DNA from: an uncultured delta proteobacterium
Lineage (GTDB): Bacteria > Desulfobacterota > RBG-13-43-22
Direction: 5' to 3'
DNA: 64,000 nt
NCBI GenBank assembly: GCA_963743305.1
Contig: CAVUPH010000017.1
Coordinates: 1-64,000, forward strand
A program made the position numbers and the translations under genes. How positions within the stretch are numbered: the stretch's first letter is position 1; each line of letters begins with the position of its first letter. Positions 19,262 to 28,437 of this stretch are shown here, piece after piece. A model generated the notes under the pieces. The model had not been told where the DNA came from and searched no databases. It saw nothing but the letters and a program-made list of their open reading frames with translations.

Positions 19262-20644
19262 TTAGTCCACGACCACGATTTCATCCACGGGCCATTGGCT
19301 GAGTATCTCCACTCCGCCCTCGACCACATGGATCATTTCTTCGATACGGACCCCGCCGATACCCGGGACGCCGTGCTGGGTTTCGATGGCAAACGTCATG
19401 CCCTTTTCAATCGGCATGGGGTGATCCAGCGAACAGCCCCGCCAGACCAGGGGATATTCATAAAGGGAGAGGCCGATGCCGTGAGCCCAGTTGCTGCCGG
19501 CCGTCTGGTCTTCGTAAGCCACCAGGATATCGCTCCAGTCCTTTTCACAGGGCGGCCATTGTTCGGCGATATCCCTGGTGGTAATCCCGGGTTTGATAAC
19601 ACTAATGGCGGCATAAAGCCATTCGAGGGATTTTTTGTAGGCATCTACCAGTTGTTGGGGCGGCTTGCCTACGCTGAAGGTGCGGTAATAACAAATGTGA
19701 TAGCCGTTGTAGGTGGTGTTGTAGACATCGACGTAAAGGATATCATGGGGACGGACAATTCGATCGGTCATATACCGGGAATTAGGCCAACTGAAGGGAC
19801 CGGAGGTCACCAGCATCCCGGAATACACTTCCCCGCCGAGGTCATAGGCGGTCTTATGCATGGACCCCATAATCTGGTTTTCTTTCACGCCCGGTTTGAG
19901 CATATCCTTGACGGTCTGCATCTGGGAGTCGCCGATGGCCGCGCAAATCCGCAGGCACTCCACTTCGTCCGGGTTCTTGATGCTGCGGGCATCAAACATC
20001 AACTCCGTCGCCGGCACCACCTTGATTCCCTTGGCTTGAAATCCGTCGATCAGACCGGGATCCCAAACATCCATGGCCAGGGTTTCATTGGCCACTCCGT
20101 ATTCTTTCAGGTCATCGATGATCTGGGTAACCAGTTTGTCTCGTTGGGCCTGGTGGGCCGAGCGGCCCATAATGACGCTGGCCCATCCGCCGCCGGTGAT
20201 GGCCACCTTGACTTTATCGAGCCAGGGGGCCATCTGGCGGGTGTGATAGCCGATCTCCCCCTGTTCGTAGAGGATCGGCATCTTGGCGGTGGCGGGCATC
20301 AGGCAATAACGCAGTCCCGAAGAGGGGGTGGTCCAGGCCGGGGTCCAAGTGCTGGTGATGTACCGGGTATTCCATTCCTGAATCGATAAAACCGCCCCGA
20401 CGTTATTGGCCTTCAAGGCCGCCCGGGTCCGTTCGACGCGGTATTTCCTCATCCGGTCATAGTCGATCCGACTATCAAAATCCACCGCCTGAGTGCCGCC
20501 ACCCCGGTAGGCTTTGTAATCGGGAATCATCGGATACTCAAACTTCATGGGGGTGTCCGCCGGTTTGAATTTTTCGGCGAATTCCCTCATCTTGGCCGCG
20601 CCGTCCCAGGTAGAATATTTGGTGTGAACCGCATCAATACCCAT
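19262..20644 (-). CDS. M24 (Xaa-Pro peptidase/creatinase fold) family protein
   Basis: RSIKNPDE, AHGIGL..YEYP, FAIET, RIEE. Confidence 0.85.
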   Translation of the reverse strand: MGIDAVHTKYSTWDGAAKMREFAEKFKPADTPMKFEYPMIPDYKAYRGGGTQAVDFDSRIDYDRMRKYRVERTRAALKANNVGAVLSIQEWNTRYITSTWTPAWTTPSSGLRYCLMPATAKMPILYEQGEIGYHTRQMAPWLDKVKVAITGGGWASVIMGRSAHQAQRDKLVTQIIDDLKEYGVANETLAMDVWDPGLIDGFQAKGIKVVPATELMFDARSIKNPDEVECLRICAAIGDSQMQTVKDMLKPGVKENQIMGSMHKTAYDLGGEVYSGMLVTSGPFSWPNSRYMTDRIVRPHDILYVDVYNTTYNGYHICYYRTFSVGKPPQQLVDAYKKSLEWLYAAISVIKPGITTRDIAEQWPPCEKDWSDILVAYEDQTAGSNWAHGIGLSLYEYPLVWRGCSLDHPMPIEKGMTFAIETQHGVPGIGGVRIEEMIHVVEGGVEILSQWPVDEIVVVD

Positions 20645-20763
20645 CGTTTTTCCTCCTTCTTTAGACTAGGATTACATTCAGACCGCTGTGGATAAAACAA
20701 TTGACCGAGAAAAAGATTCCTGCCGGATCAAAGTGTACGACCACCTCCTTTATAAAAGATCAC

Positions 20764-20774
20764 ATATATGATAT
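20764..20774. promoter_or_regulatory. Candidate GntR operator
   Basis: ATATATGATAT, reverse complement of the motif at 27311-27321. Confidence 0.4.
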
Positions 20775-20882
20775 TTCTTCTAATTCTTCCTTAAAAAACC
20801 CGGGCCGCCGGACCTGCGGTTCCCGAGTCGCGTCGTCCTATTGCCCAGGGGTCGAGGATTTCGCGGGTACTCCCAGCACGTT

Positions 20883-21590
20883 TTAAACCGCCAGGTATTG
20901 GCAGGCGATCTCTTCGTCGTTCAGAATGGCCTGGGCATCCCCCGAGGTTTGAATCCGGCCCTCGTCGATGACATAGGCCCGATGGGAGATGCTCAGCGCC
21001 ATTTCCATATTCTGCTCCACCAGCAGCACGGTCACGCCGCTGCGGTGGATGGTCTGGATAATCTCGGCGATCGTTTCCACCAGCAGGGGCATCAGGCCTT
21101 CGGTGGGTTCATCGATCAGCATGATTTCCGGATCGGTAATCAACGCCCGGCCGATGGCCAGCATCTGCTGTTCCCCGCCGCTCAGACTGGTCCCCTCCTG
21201 CTTCAAGCGGTCCTTCAGTACGGGGAAATAGTGGGCCACCCGGTCGATCATCTCCTCCTCCCGGTTGAGGTTTTTACTTTTGAGCAGGGCCAGTTTCAGA
21301 TTTTCCCGGACCGTCAAACCGGGGATGATGCGGCGCTCCTCCGGAACGTAGGCAATGCCCTTTTGAATGATGCGGTGGGTGGGCAAAGCGCTGATGTCCT
21401 CATCGTGGAACAGTACCCGTCCGGACTTAACCGGGGTAATGCCCAAAATGCTTTTCAGGGTAGTGGTTTTGCCCGCCCCGTTCCGGCCGACCAGGGTGAC
21501 GATTTCCCGGCTGTTGACCTCTAGCGATACCCCTTGAAGAACGTGGCTCAGACCGTAGTAGGTGTCTATATTATTCAGCGCCAGCAGCAT
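20883..21590 (-). CDS. livF: Liv-type ABC transporter ATP-binding subunit (LivF-like)
   Basis: GRNGAGKTT, LSGGEQQM, DEPTEGL. Confidence 0.9.
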   Translation of the reverse strand: MLLALNNIDTYYGLSHVLQGVSLEVNSREIVTLVGRNGAGKTTTLKSILGITPVKSGRVLFHDEDISALPTHRIIQKGIAYVPEERRIIPGLTVRENLKLALLKSKNLNREEEMIDRVAHYFPVLKDRLKQEGTSLSGGEQQMLAIGRALITDPEIMLIDEPTEGLMPLLVETIAEIIQTIHRSGVTVLLVEQNMEMALSISHRAYVIDEGRIQTSGDAQAILNDEEIACQYLAV

Positions 21591-21603
21591 AAGGCCCCCG
21601 AAT

Positions 21604-22350
21604 TTAACATTTGATGCCTCCCAGATAAACCCGGCGTACCTCTTCATTGTTGCGGATATCATCCGGGGTCCCCTGGGCCAGAAGTTTTCCGTAATGCAGG
21701 ACCGTGATGGTATTGGAAACCTCCATGACCACCTTCATCTTGTGTTCCACCAGGACGATCGTCAGGCCGGCGGCTATCTTCTTAATCAGTTCGATGGTCT
21801 GCCGGGTTTCATGAGGGGAGAGGCCGGCGGTCGGTTCGTCCAGCAAAAGCAGTTTGGGTTTGGTGGCCAGCGCGATGCCGATTTCCAGCCGTTTCCGGTC
21901 GCCGTGGGAAAGATTGGCGGTCGTCTCCGCCTGGAAATCGGCCAGGCCGATCAACTCCAGGATGGCCAAGCTTTCCTCGACCAACTCCTTATGAGCCAGG
22001 GCCTTGGACCAGAGGTTGAAGGTCGTTTTTCGTGACTGAGCGGCCACCCGCACATTTTCCAGCACCGTCAACATGGGAAAAATATTGGTGATCTGGTAGG
22101 CCACCGCAATCCCCAGGTGGGAAACCTTGGTCTGGGACAAGGCGGTAATGTCCTGGTCTATAAAAATCACCTGCCCGCTGGAAGGTTTGATTTCCCCGGT
22201 AATCAGCTTGAAAAAGGTGCTCTTGCCGGCCCCGTTCGGACCGATGATGGTCTGCAGGTCCCCTTTCCGGATTGAAAAACTGACGTCGTTCACTGCCGCC
22301 AGGCCGCCGAAATTCTTGGTCAGGTTGATGGTCTTCAGCAAGGCATCCAT
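21604..22350 (-). CDS. livG: Liv-type ABC transporter ATP-binding subunit (LivG-like)
   Basis: GPNGAGKST, LSHG, DEPTAGL, VEH. Confidence 0.9.
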   Translation of the reverse strand: MDALLKTINLTKNFGGLAAVNDVSFSIRKGDLQTIIGPNGAGKSTFFKLITGEIKPSSGQVIFIDQDITALSQTKVSHLGIAVAYQITNIFPMLTVLENVRVAAQSRKTTFNLWSKALAHKELVEESLAILELIGLADFQAETTANLSHGDRKRLEIGIALATKPKLLLLDEPTAGLSPHETRQTIELIKKIAAGLTIVLVEHKMKVVMEVSNTITVLHYGKLLAQGTPDDIRNNEEVRRVYLGGIKC

Positions 22351-22367
22351 GGAACCCCAGACCTCCC

Positions 22368-23351
22368 TTAGTCCTTTTTGCGAGTGGAAAGGTTTTTGAC
22401 GGTACCCCAGACCCCGGCGGGGAAAAACAAGACGCAGAGGACGAAGATGACCCCCAAAAAGATCATCCAGTTGGAGGTCAGGGCGCTCAACGTATCTTCC
22501 AGGTAAAGAAAAATCCCGGCCCCGATAAAGGGCCCGATGAAGCTTCCCATGCCTCCCAGCAGCGTCATCATGACCACCTGGCCGGAGGTGGTCCAGTAGA
22601 GCGCGTCAATGCCGACAAAATGCAGGTAGACGGCGTGGAGTCCGCCGGCCAACCCGGAGATGGCCCCGGAAATCACAAAAGCCAGCCAGCGGACATTGGT
22701 GGTTTCATAGCCGCAGCTTTTGGCTCGAGGCTCATTTTCCCGGACGGCCTGCAACACTTGTCCAAAAGGGGACTCCAGGATGCGGTTCAGGGCCAGCAGG
22801 GACAGGACGACAAAGAAGAGCACAAAGAAGTAAAAACGGATGGGTTCATAAATATTCAGATCGTAACCGAAGAGGGTCAGGGGAGCCGCCGGGAGGTTGC
22901 GCAACCCGTTGTCGCCGCCGGTCAGATCCACCCACTGGAAGGCCAGAAAATAGATCAACTGGGCGAAGGCCAGGGTCAGCATGGCGAAATAGATGCCCCG
23001 GCGCTTGATGCAGAGATAACCCAGGACAAAGGCGGTAAGCGCCCCCATGACCATTCCGCTGAAAATTCCAAACCAGATATTCGGCCAGAGTCGAATGAGT
23101 ACGATTCCCGTGGCATAAGACCCGACTCCGAAATAGGCCGCGTGGCCGAAAGACAGCATTCCCGTGTACCCCAGGCAGACGTTGTAACCGAGCGCGAATA
23201 GCCCCCAGATAATGATCTCCGTGGCCAGGGCCTTATAGGGCACGATAAAGGGAATGATAAAAAAGAAAAGAATGATGAAGACCAGAGGGTGGCTGGAGAA
23301 AATCCCCACCACTCTCGGCCACGCGCCTTGTTTCTGCACCTGTTCTTCCAT
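22368..23351 (-). CDS. livM: Liv-type ABC permease (LivM-like)
   Basis: GYTGMLSFGHAAYFG, TGGDNG, AVRENE. Confidence 0.9.
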   Translation of the reverse strand: MEEQVQKQGAWPRVVGIFSSHPLVFIILFFFIIPFIVPYKALATEIIIWGLFALGYNVCLGYTGMLSFGHAAYFGVGSYATGIVLIRLWPNIWFGIFSGMVMGALTAFVLGYLCIKRRGIYFAMLTLAFAQLIYFLAFQWVDLTGGDNGLRNLPAAPLTLFGYDLNIYEPIRFYFFVLFFVVLSLLALNRILESPFGQVLQAVRENEPRAKSCGYETTNVRWLAFVISGAISGLAGGLHAVYLHFVGIDALYWTTSGQVVMMTLLGGMGSFIGPFIGAGIFLYLEDTLSALTSNWMIFLGVIFVLCVLFFPAGVWGTVKNLSTRKKD

Positions 23352-23403
23352 TTTTTCCGCCGGGAAAATCGGTTAATCGATTAACGGAGCGCTGCTCTCC
23401 GGA

Positions 23404-24282
23404 TTACTCCAGAAGACCGGCCCTGCCAAACAGGCCGCTGGGGCGGATCAAGAGCACCACGGCCATGACCAGGAAAATAACAATATCCGCCATCTGGGGA
23501 TAAAAGAGGGTGGTGATGGCGATGGCCTCTCCCATAATGATCCCCGAGAGAATCGCTCCCTTGAGACTGCCCATACCTCCCACCACCACGACGACGAAAC
23601 ATTCCACCAGCATCGCCAGGCCCATTTCCGGGAACACACTACGGATCGGCGCCGCCAGGATTCCGGCGAGACCGGCCAGGGCGGAACCGATGCCGAAGAC
23701 CAGCCACCAGATGCGGCCCATGTCGATGCCCAGCGCTTTGACCATCAGGGGGTCCCGGGTCCCGGCTTTGATGATCAAGCCCAAGTTGGTCCTTTCCAGA
23801 AAGTACCAGAGGACGAGGCAAATGACCATGGTGACGGCGATGACAAAGACCCGATAGGCCGGGAAATAAAAAATGCCGAGAATTTCAATGGGCAGGCTTA
23901 AGGCCTCCGGAGCCTGGAAGGGATAATCCGAAGTCCCCCAGAAAATCCGGATGATTTCAATCATGATGAATTGGAGACCGAAGGTCAACAGCAGGGGATA
24001 GTTAATGTCCCGGCCGTACAGGGGACGGATCAGGGTCCTTTCCACTAAAAGACCATATCCACCGAGGACCAGCGGGGCCACAATCAGGGCTAGCCAGAAA
24101 TTGCCGGTCAGGGCCATCGTCGCCACTCCGGCATAGGCGCCCCACATGTACATCGCCCCATGGGCAAAATTCACCACTGTCAGGAGCCCGAAGATAATCG
24201 AGAGCCCCAACGCCAGGAGCACATAAAGCATCCCCAGGGAAAGCCCCGTAAAGAGCTGCATGACGATCGCAGTCCACTCCAT
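23404..24282 (-). CDS. livH: Liv-type ABC permease (LivH-like)
   Basis: ALGLSIIFG..VVNFAHG, VVGGMGS. Confidence 0.9.
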   Translation of the reverse strand: MEWTAIVMQLFTGLSLGMLYVLLALGLSIIFGLLTVVNFAHGAMYMWGAYAGVATMALTGNFWLALIVAPLVLGGYGLLVERTLIRPLYGRDINYPLLLTFGLQFIMIEIIRIFWGTSDYPFQAPEALSLPIEILGIFYFPAYRVFVIAVTMVICLVLWYFLERTNLGLIIKAGTRDPLMVKALGIDMGRIWWLVFGIGSALAGLAGILAAPIRSVFPEMGLAMLVECFVVVVVGGMGSLKGAILSGIIMGEAIAITTLFYPQMADIVIFLVMAVVLLIRPSGLFGRAGLLE

Positions 24283-24354
24283 CCCTCTACCTGCCCTTTT
24301 CTGATTTCCCCGCCCCCTTCCGGGGGCGGGATTTTGATGATGCGGGTTTGTAGT

Positions 24355-25656
24355 TTATTTGGCTTCCTTTTTGATCAGCCCGCTGCGAATGGGTTTGTTG
24401 GGGTCCTGCCCCACTTCCGTACAGGTCCGCAACAGCCGTTCATTCGCCCCGGAGACTGTAGTTATGATTTCGAAGACATCGTATTCGCTTTTTCCTTTTT
24501 TGGACTTGATAATGAAAACATCCTGCTGGGACTGGTGGTCACAGGGACGCCACCATTGTTTGCCCTTGTAATTGTCGTAGGTCCGTCCCTCGATCGCGGC
24601 GGCAATGGCTTCCGCCTCCAGGCTTTTGGCCCGGTTGACGGCGGAAAGCAATTCCTTGACCCCGCTGTAGGCATAGCCGGCATAATCGATCGGCGGCCGG
24701 CCGTGCATTTTCTGGAAGGCCTCCACGAATTTTTTGGCGGTGGGGTGATTCATTTCCCAATAGAAGGACGTCCCTCCGATAATGCCGTCAAAGGCCTCGG
24801 GCCCACCGCCCATCCGGGAAGACATGAGCAGCACCGGGCAGACGATCTGCATCTTCTTTTTCAGGCCGAAGGCCGTCGCCTGCTTGGCCGAATTGATTTG
24901 ATCCTTCCCGAAGTTGTCCAGGAAGAGGACATCCGGCTTGGCGGCCAGGATTCGGGGCATGTAGGAAGAGTAATCACTAGTGCCCAGGGGATGCTTAGTT
25001 TCGCCCACGTCCACCATCTTGTATTCCTTGCCCTTGCGGCGGAAGCCATCGGTCATCTGCCATCCATAAGCATAGTCGGAGGTCAGGAAGTACCATTTTT
25101 TGCCGTACTTTTTGGCCACATACTCCCCCACGGCCTGGGTGGTTTGATGGGGGTCCAGCGCCTCGTGGTAGGTATAGATGCTGTTGTCCGGCCGCATGGT
25201 GATCTCATTCGCCTGGCTGACGGACATATAGGGGATCCCGTGAAGCTTGCACTGCTCGTTGACCGCCAGTTGGTTGGCAGCCGAAAGGACTCCCGACATC
25301 AACTGAACCCCTTCACTCTCGATCAGCTCCTTGGCCCGCCGGGCGGCCTCATCCGCTTTAAGCTTATCGTCGCGAACCAGCAGCTCCACCTTGCGCCCCA
25401 GGACCCCTCCCTGGGAGTTAAGCTCGGCCACCGCCAATTCGGCCCCGGCCTGCTGGTCTTTGGCCTCGGTGCCGTAGGGGCCGGTTAAGGGGATGGGAAA
25501 CCCCAGCTTGATCGGTCCCGCTTGTTGGGCGTGAGCCCGGCGGACAAAATGAAATCCTCCCAGGAGCGCCGAACCCGTGACGATGCCGGTGGTCTTGATG
25601 AACGTTCTTCGGTCCATGCCGCCATCTTGATTTTTTTGAATTTTTTCCTCGGCCAT
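24355..25656 (-). CDS. ABC substrate-binding protein with Tat signal
   Basis: DRRTFIK twin-arginine motif, AHA cleavage, PLTG, GGVLGRKVE, DYAYG. Confidence 0.9.
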   Translation of the reverse strand: MAEEKIQKNQDGGMDRRTFIKTTGIVTGSALLGGFHFVRRAHAQQAGPIKLGFPIPLTGPYGTEAKDQQAGAELAVAELNSQGGVLGRKVELLVRDDKLKADEAARRAKELIESEGVQLMSGVLSAANQLAVNEQCKLHGIPYMSVSQANEITMRPDNSIYTYHEALDPHQTTQAVGEYVAKKYGKKWYFLTSDYAYGWQMTDGFRRKGKEYKMVDVGETKHPLGTSDYSSYMPRILAAKPDVLFLDNFGKDQINSAKQATAFGLKKKMQIVCPVLLMSSRMGGGPEAFDGIIGGTSFYWEMNHPTAKKFVEAFQKMHGRPPIDYAGYAYSGVKELLSAVNRAKSLEAEAIAAAIEGRTYDNYKGKQWWRPCDHQSQQDVFIIKSKKGKSEYDVFEIITTVSGANERLLRTCTEVGQDPNKPIRSGLIKKEAK

Positions 25657-25762
25657 GATTCTCCTCCTCGCTTAAGGGTTAATAAAAAGGAACGGTGCGT
25701 TTAGTCGGTCTACGGTCGGACCGTCAATCCCGGCGGAATCCCACCGGCGTCAATCCCATTTA

Positions 25763-26449
25763 TTACTCTTCCAAGACGGCCACGGCCCTCAGGGGCGCAC
25801 CGCTGGCACCCACTAGTTTGAGGGGAAACCCCGCAAACTGAAACCGTCGGCCAAGGAGCTGATCAATGTGGGTCAGGTTTTCTATATGGTAATAATCCAG
25901 TTCTTTGGCCAGGACATGGGCCGGATAGGTGGGGTCGATATCGATGGTGATCGCGTCCACCCCGATAACCCGGACGCCCAGGTCATACAAATAGCGGATG
26001 GTCTCGGCCTGGATAGGAACGATATGGGAAAAATAACGCGGGTCTCCCCAAAAGCGGGAAGCCCCGGTATGCATCAGGACCACATCCCGGGGATGAATAA
26101 CGGCCCCGGTCGCTTGCAGCGTCTTATGGAGATCTTCCGGGCGGACGTATTCCCCGGGCGCTTTATGAGAGAAATCCAGGGCCACGCCAGGGGCATAGCA
26201 GAGTTCTAGGGGGATTTTTTCGGCGGTTAGCGGTCGCTGTCCGAAATGAACCAGGGCATCGATGTGGGTGGAACAATGGTCACTGAAAAAAACCGAGCAG
26301 GTAGTATAGAGGCGATCCATCTTCCCCTGCCCCTGCACCCGGGCCGTCTCTTCATAGGTGTTCCAGGTGTTGATCAGCGTCTTGGCCAGCCCGGGATAGA
26401 CCGGCTGGCCGGTTTCAATCGGCTGGCTTAAATCAATAATTCGGGACAT
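25763..26449 (-). CDS. Cyclase family metal hydrolase (KynB-like)
   Basis: IIDLS, HCSTHIDA, IENL, GASGAPLRAVA. Confidence 0.9.
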   Translation of the reverse strand: MSRIIDLSQPIETGQPVYPGLAKTLINTWNTYEETARVQGQGKMDRLYTTCSVFFSDHCSTHIDALVHFGQRPLTAEKIPLELCYAPGVALDFSHKAPGEYVRPEDLHKTLQATGAVIHPRDVVLMHTGASRFWGDPRYFSHIVPIQAETIRYLYDLGVRVIGVDAITIDIDPTYPAHVLAKELDYYHIENLTHIDQLLGRRFQFAGFPLKLVGASGAPLRAVAVLEE

Positions 26450-26566
26450 GACTCAGCTTCCTTTCCCCGGTAACCTACCGGGTCGGCGTTCATTCCCTGT
26501 AAACAAAAAAACGCTTTCCAGCAGGAGGTGGATGCTCCGGAAACGATGGCCTATCAGTAGGTATGA

Positions 26567-27223
26567 TTACTCCTCTTCTAATGCCTCCTCGATAGTCTTT
26601 AAGCCGTTTTTTAAATGGCTCTTCAGGGATTTCTTGGCCAGGGTCGGGTCATTGTGGCGGATACTTTCCAGGATCAAGGCGTGTTCCTTATTGGCGTGAT
26701 CCACCGCCCGCTCACTATCGGAAAACAGGCGAAGATAAGGCCCGGTGCTGTTCCATAAACCCTGCAGGATTTGGAAGAGGCGCGCCGATCCGGACATTTC
26801 ATGAAGTTTCATATGAAAGGCCCGATTCAGGTTAAACCATTCCGCCCCCCGCACCCCGTTGCGGACCATCTGCCGATGCAGTTCCTCCAAGCGCTTGAGA
26901 CCCGCCTTATCCTGGCGTTCCAGGCATTTCAGCAGGGCGATTTCCTCCAAGGGGAGACGAAGGGCGTAGATTTCGTGCAGCTCTGTCCGGGAGAGTCGAT
27001 TGACCAGAATACGTTTATTGGATTGAAAGGTGATCAATCCTCCGGCCTCGAGTTCCCTCAGGGCTTCACGGACCGGCATGGTGCTGACGGCCAATTTTTC
27101 AGCGATATTGCGGATGTTGATTTGTTCCCCGGGCGGGATTTCCCGTTCCAGAATGGCCTGGCGTAAGGTCTCCAGGACCATCTTCTGGAGAGACTGTTTT
27201 TGAATGGGCGTCCCTAAGATCAT
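26567..27223 (-). CDS. GntR family regulator (FCD)
   Basis: VSTMPVREAL, NRAFH, EH..I. Confidence 0.9.
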   Translation of the reverse strand: MILGTPIQKQSLQKMVLETLRQAILEREIPPGEQINIRNIAEKLAVSTMPVREALRELEAGGLITFQSNKRILVNRLSRTELHEIYALRLPLEEIALLKCLERQDKAGLKRLEELHRQMVRNGVRGAEWFNLNRAFHMKLHEMSGSARLFQILQGLWNSTGPYLRLFSDSERAVDHANKEHALILESIRHNDPTLAKKSLKSHLKNGLKTIEEALEEE

Positions 27224-27308
27224 AAGCGCACCCTCGTTTCTTCGGTCGGGGAAAGTTCGATCGGACGGCGGCCAGTTAAAGATGACCTCTCCGTTGGTTG
27301 AATTCAGG

Positions 27309-27321
27309 ATATATCATATAT
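27309..27321. promoter_or_regulatory. Candidate GntR operator in the gntR/garR divergent region
   Basis: Palindrome ATATAT-C-ATATAT. Confidence 0.45.
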
Positions 27322-27432
27322 TTTGTAAAAAGCAAGTAAAAAAATGGAAAAAGCTCGACAAAAGGAAAGAAGTTGAATAGATTGAAAGAAAATGAATTAT
27401 TGGCAAATTTATGACCCGAGAGGAGGGCGCGC

Positions 27433-28323
27433 GTGATGAAAATTGGTTTTATTGGGTTAGGCATTATGGGCCGGCCGATGGCGCACAATCTTTTGCAGGC
27501 CGGCTACTCCCTGGTGGTTCACAACCGCCGGCAGGGCCCCGTAGACGAATTGGTGCAGGCCGGGGCTGAGTCGGCCGCCTCCTCCCGGGAAGTGGCGGAA
27601 AAATCGGAGATCGTCATTACCATGCTGCCGGATTCCCCCCAGGTGGAAGAAGTGGTGCTGGGTAAAAACGGCATCCTGGAGGCGATACTGCCACCGGGGT
27701 TTATTCTGGTGGACATGAGTTCCATTGCCCCTTTGGTGGCGCAGCAGGTCGAAAAAGCACTGGTCTGCCGGGGAGGGGAGATGCTGGACGCCCCGGTCTC
27801 TGGAGGCCAACCCGGGGCCATTGCCGGCACCCTGGCCATTATGGTTGGAGGGAAACCGGAAATATTTGAAAAAGTAAAACCCCTTTTTGAGGTGCTGGGC
27901 AACGGGGGGACCCTGGTAGGTCCTATCGGCGCCGGCAATATCACCAAGCTGGTGAACCAGATTATCGTGGCCATCAACATCGCGGCCGTTTCCGAAGCCT
28001 TCGTACTTGGGAAAAAAGCGGGGGTTAACCCCCGATTGATTTTTGAGGCCATTAAAGGCGGGTTGGCCGGCAGTCAGGTGCTGAATGCCAAAATGCCGCT
28101 GATGCTGGACCGCAAATTTGAGCCCGGGTTTCGGATGGCTTTGCATATCAAGGACCTGAACAACGCCCTGTTGACCGGTCACGATATCGGAACGCCGCTG
28201 CCGCTGACCAGTCAGGTGATGGAAATCATGCAGGCGCTCAAAGTGGCGGGGGAAGAAGGTAACGACCACTCCGGACTGGTGCGCTTTTTTGAGCGACTGG
28301 CCGGGGTGGAAGTGACGGAGTAG
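27433..28323 (+). CDS. garR: 2-hydroxy-3-oxopropionate reductase
   Basis: GFIGLGIMG, MLPDSPQV, DAPVSGG, KLVNQ, PGFR..LH.KDL.NAL. Confidence 0.85.
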   Translation: MMKIGFIGLGIMGRPMAHNLLQAGYSLVVHNRRQGPVDELVQAGAESAASSREVAEKSEIVITMLPDSPQVEEVVLGKNGILEAILPPGFILVDMSSIAPLVAQQVEKALVCRGGEMLDAPVSGGQPGAIAGTLAIMVGGKPEIFEKVKPLFEVLGNGGTLVGPIGAGNITKLVNQIIVAINIAAVSEAFVLGKKAGVNPRLIFEAIKGGLAGSQVLNAKMPLMLDRKFEPGFRMALHIKDLNNALLTGHDIGTPLPLTSQVMEIMQALKVAGEEGNDHSGLVRFFERLAGVEVTE

Positions 28324-28433
28324 ACCGGTTCAAACCGAAAAATCCACTTCTGAAAAAATACGCCAAAGTGGCTAAAGCCATTCTTCGCGCCCTACAGGAA
28401 TACGTGCGGGAGGTGAAAGAAAGAAGATTTCCC
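28323..28433 (+). pseudogene. panB: 3' remnant of ketopantoate hydroxymethyltransferase
   Basis: Translates DRFKPK(NPLL)KKYAKVAKAILRALQEYVREVKERRFP, matching the PanB C-terminal pattern; no start codon. Confidence 0.65.
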
Positions 28434-28437
28434 CTAT

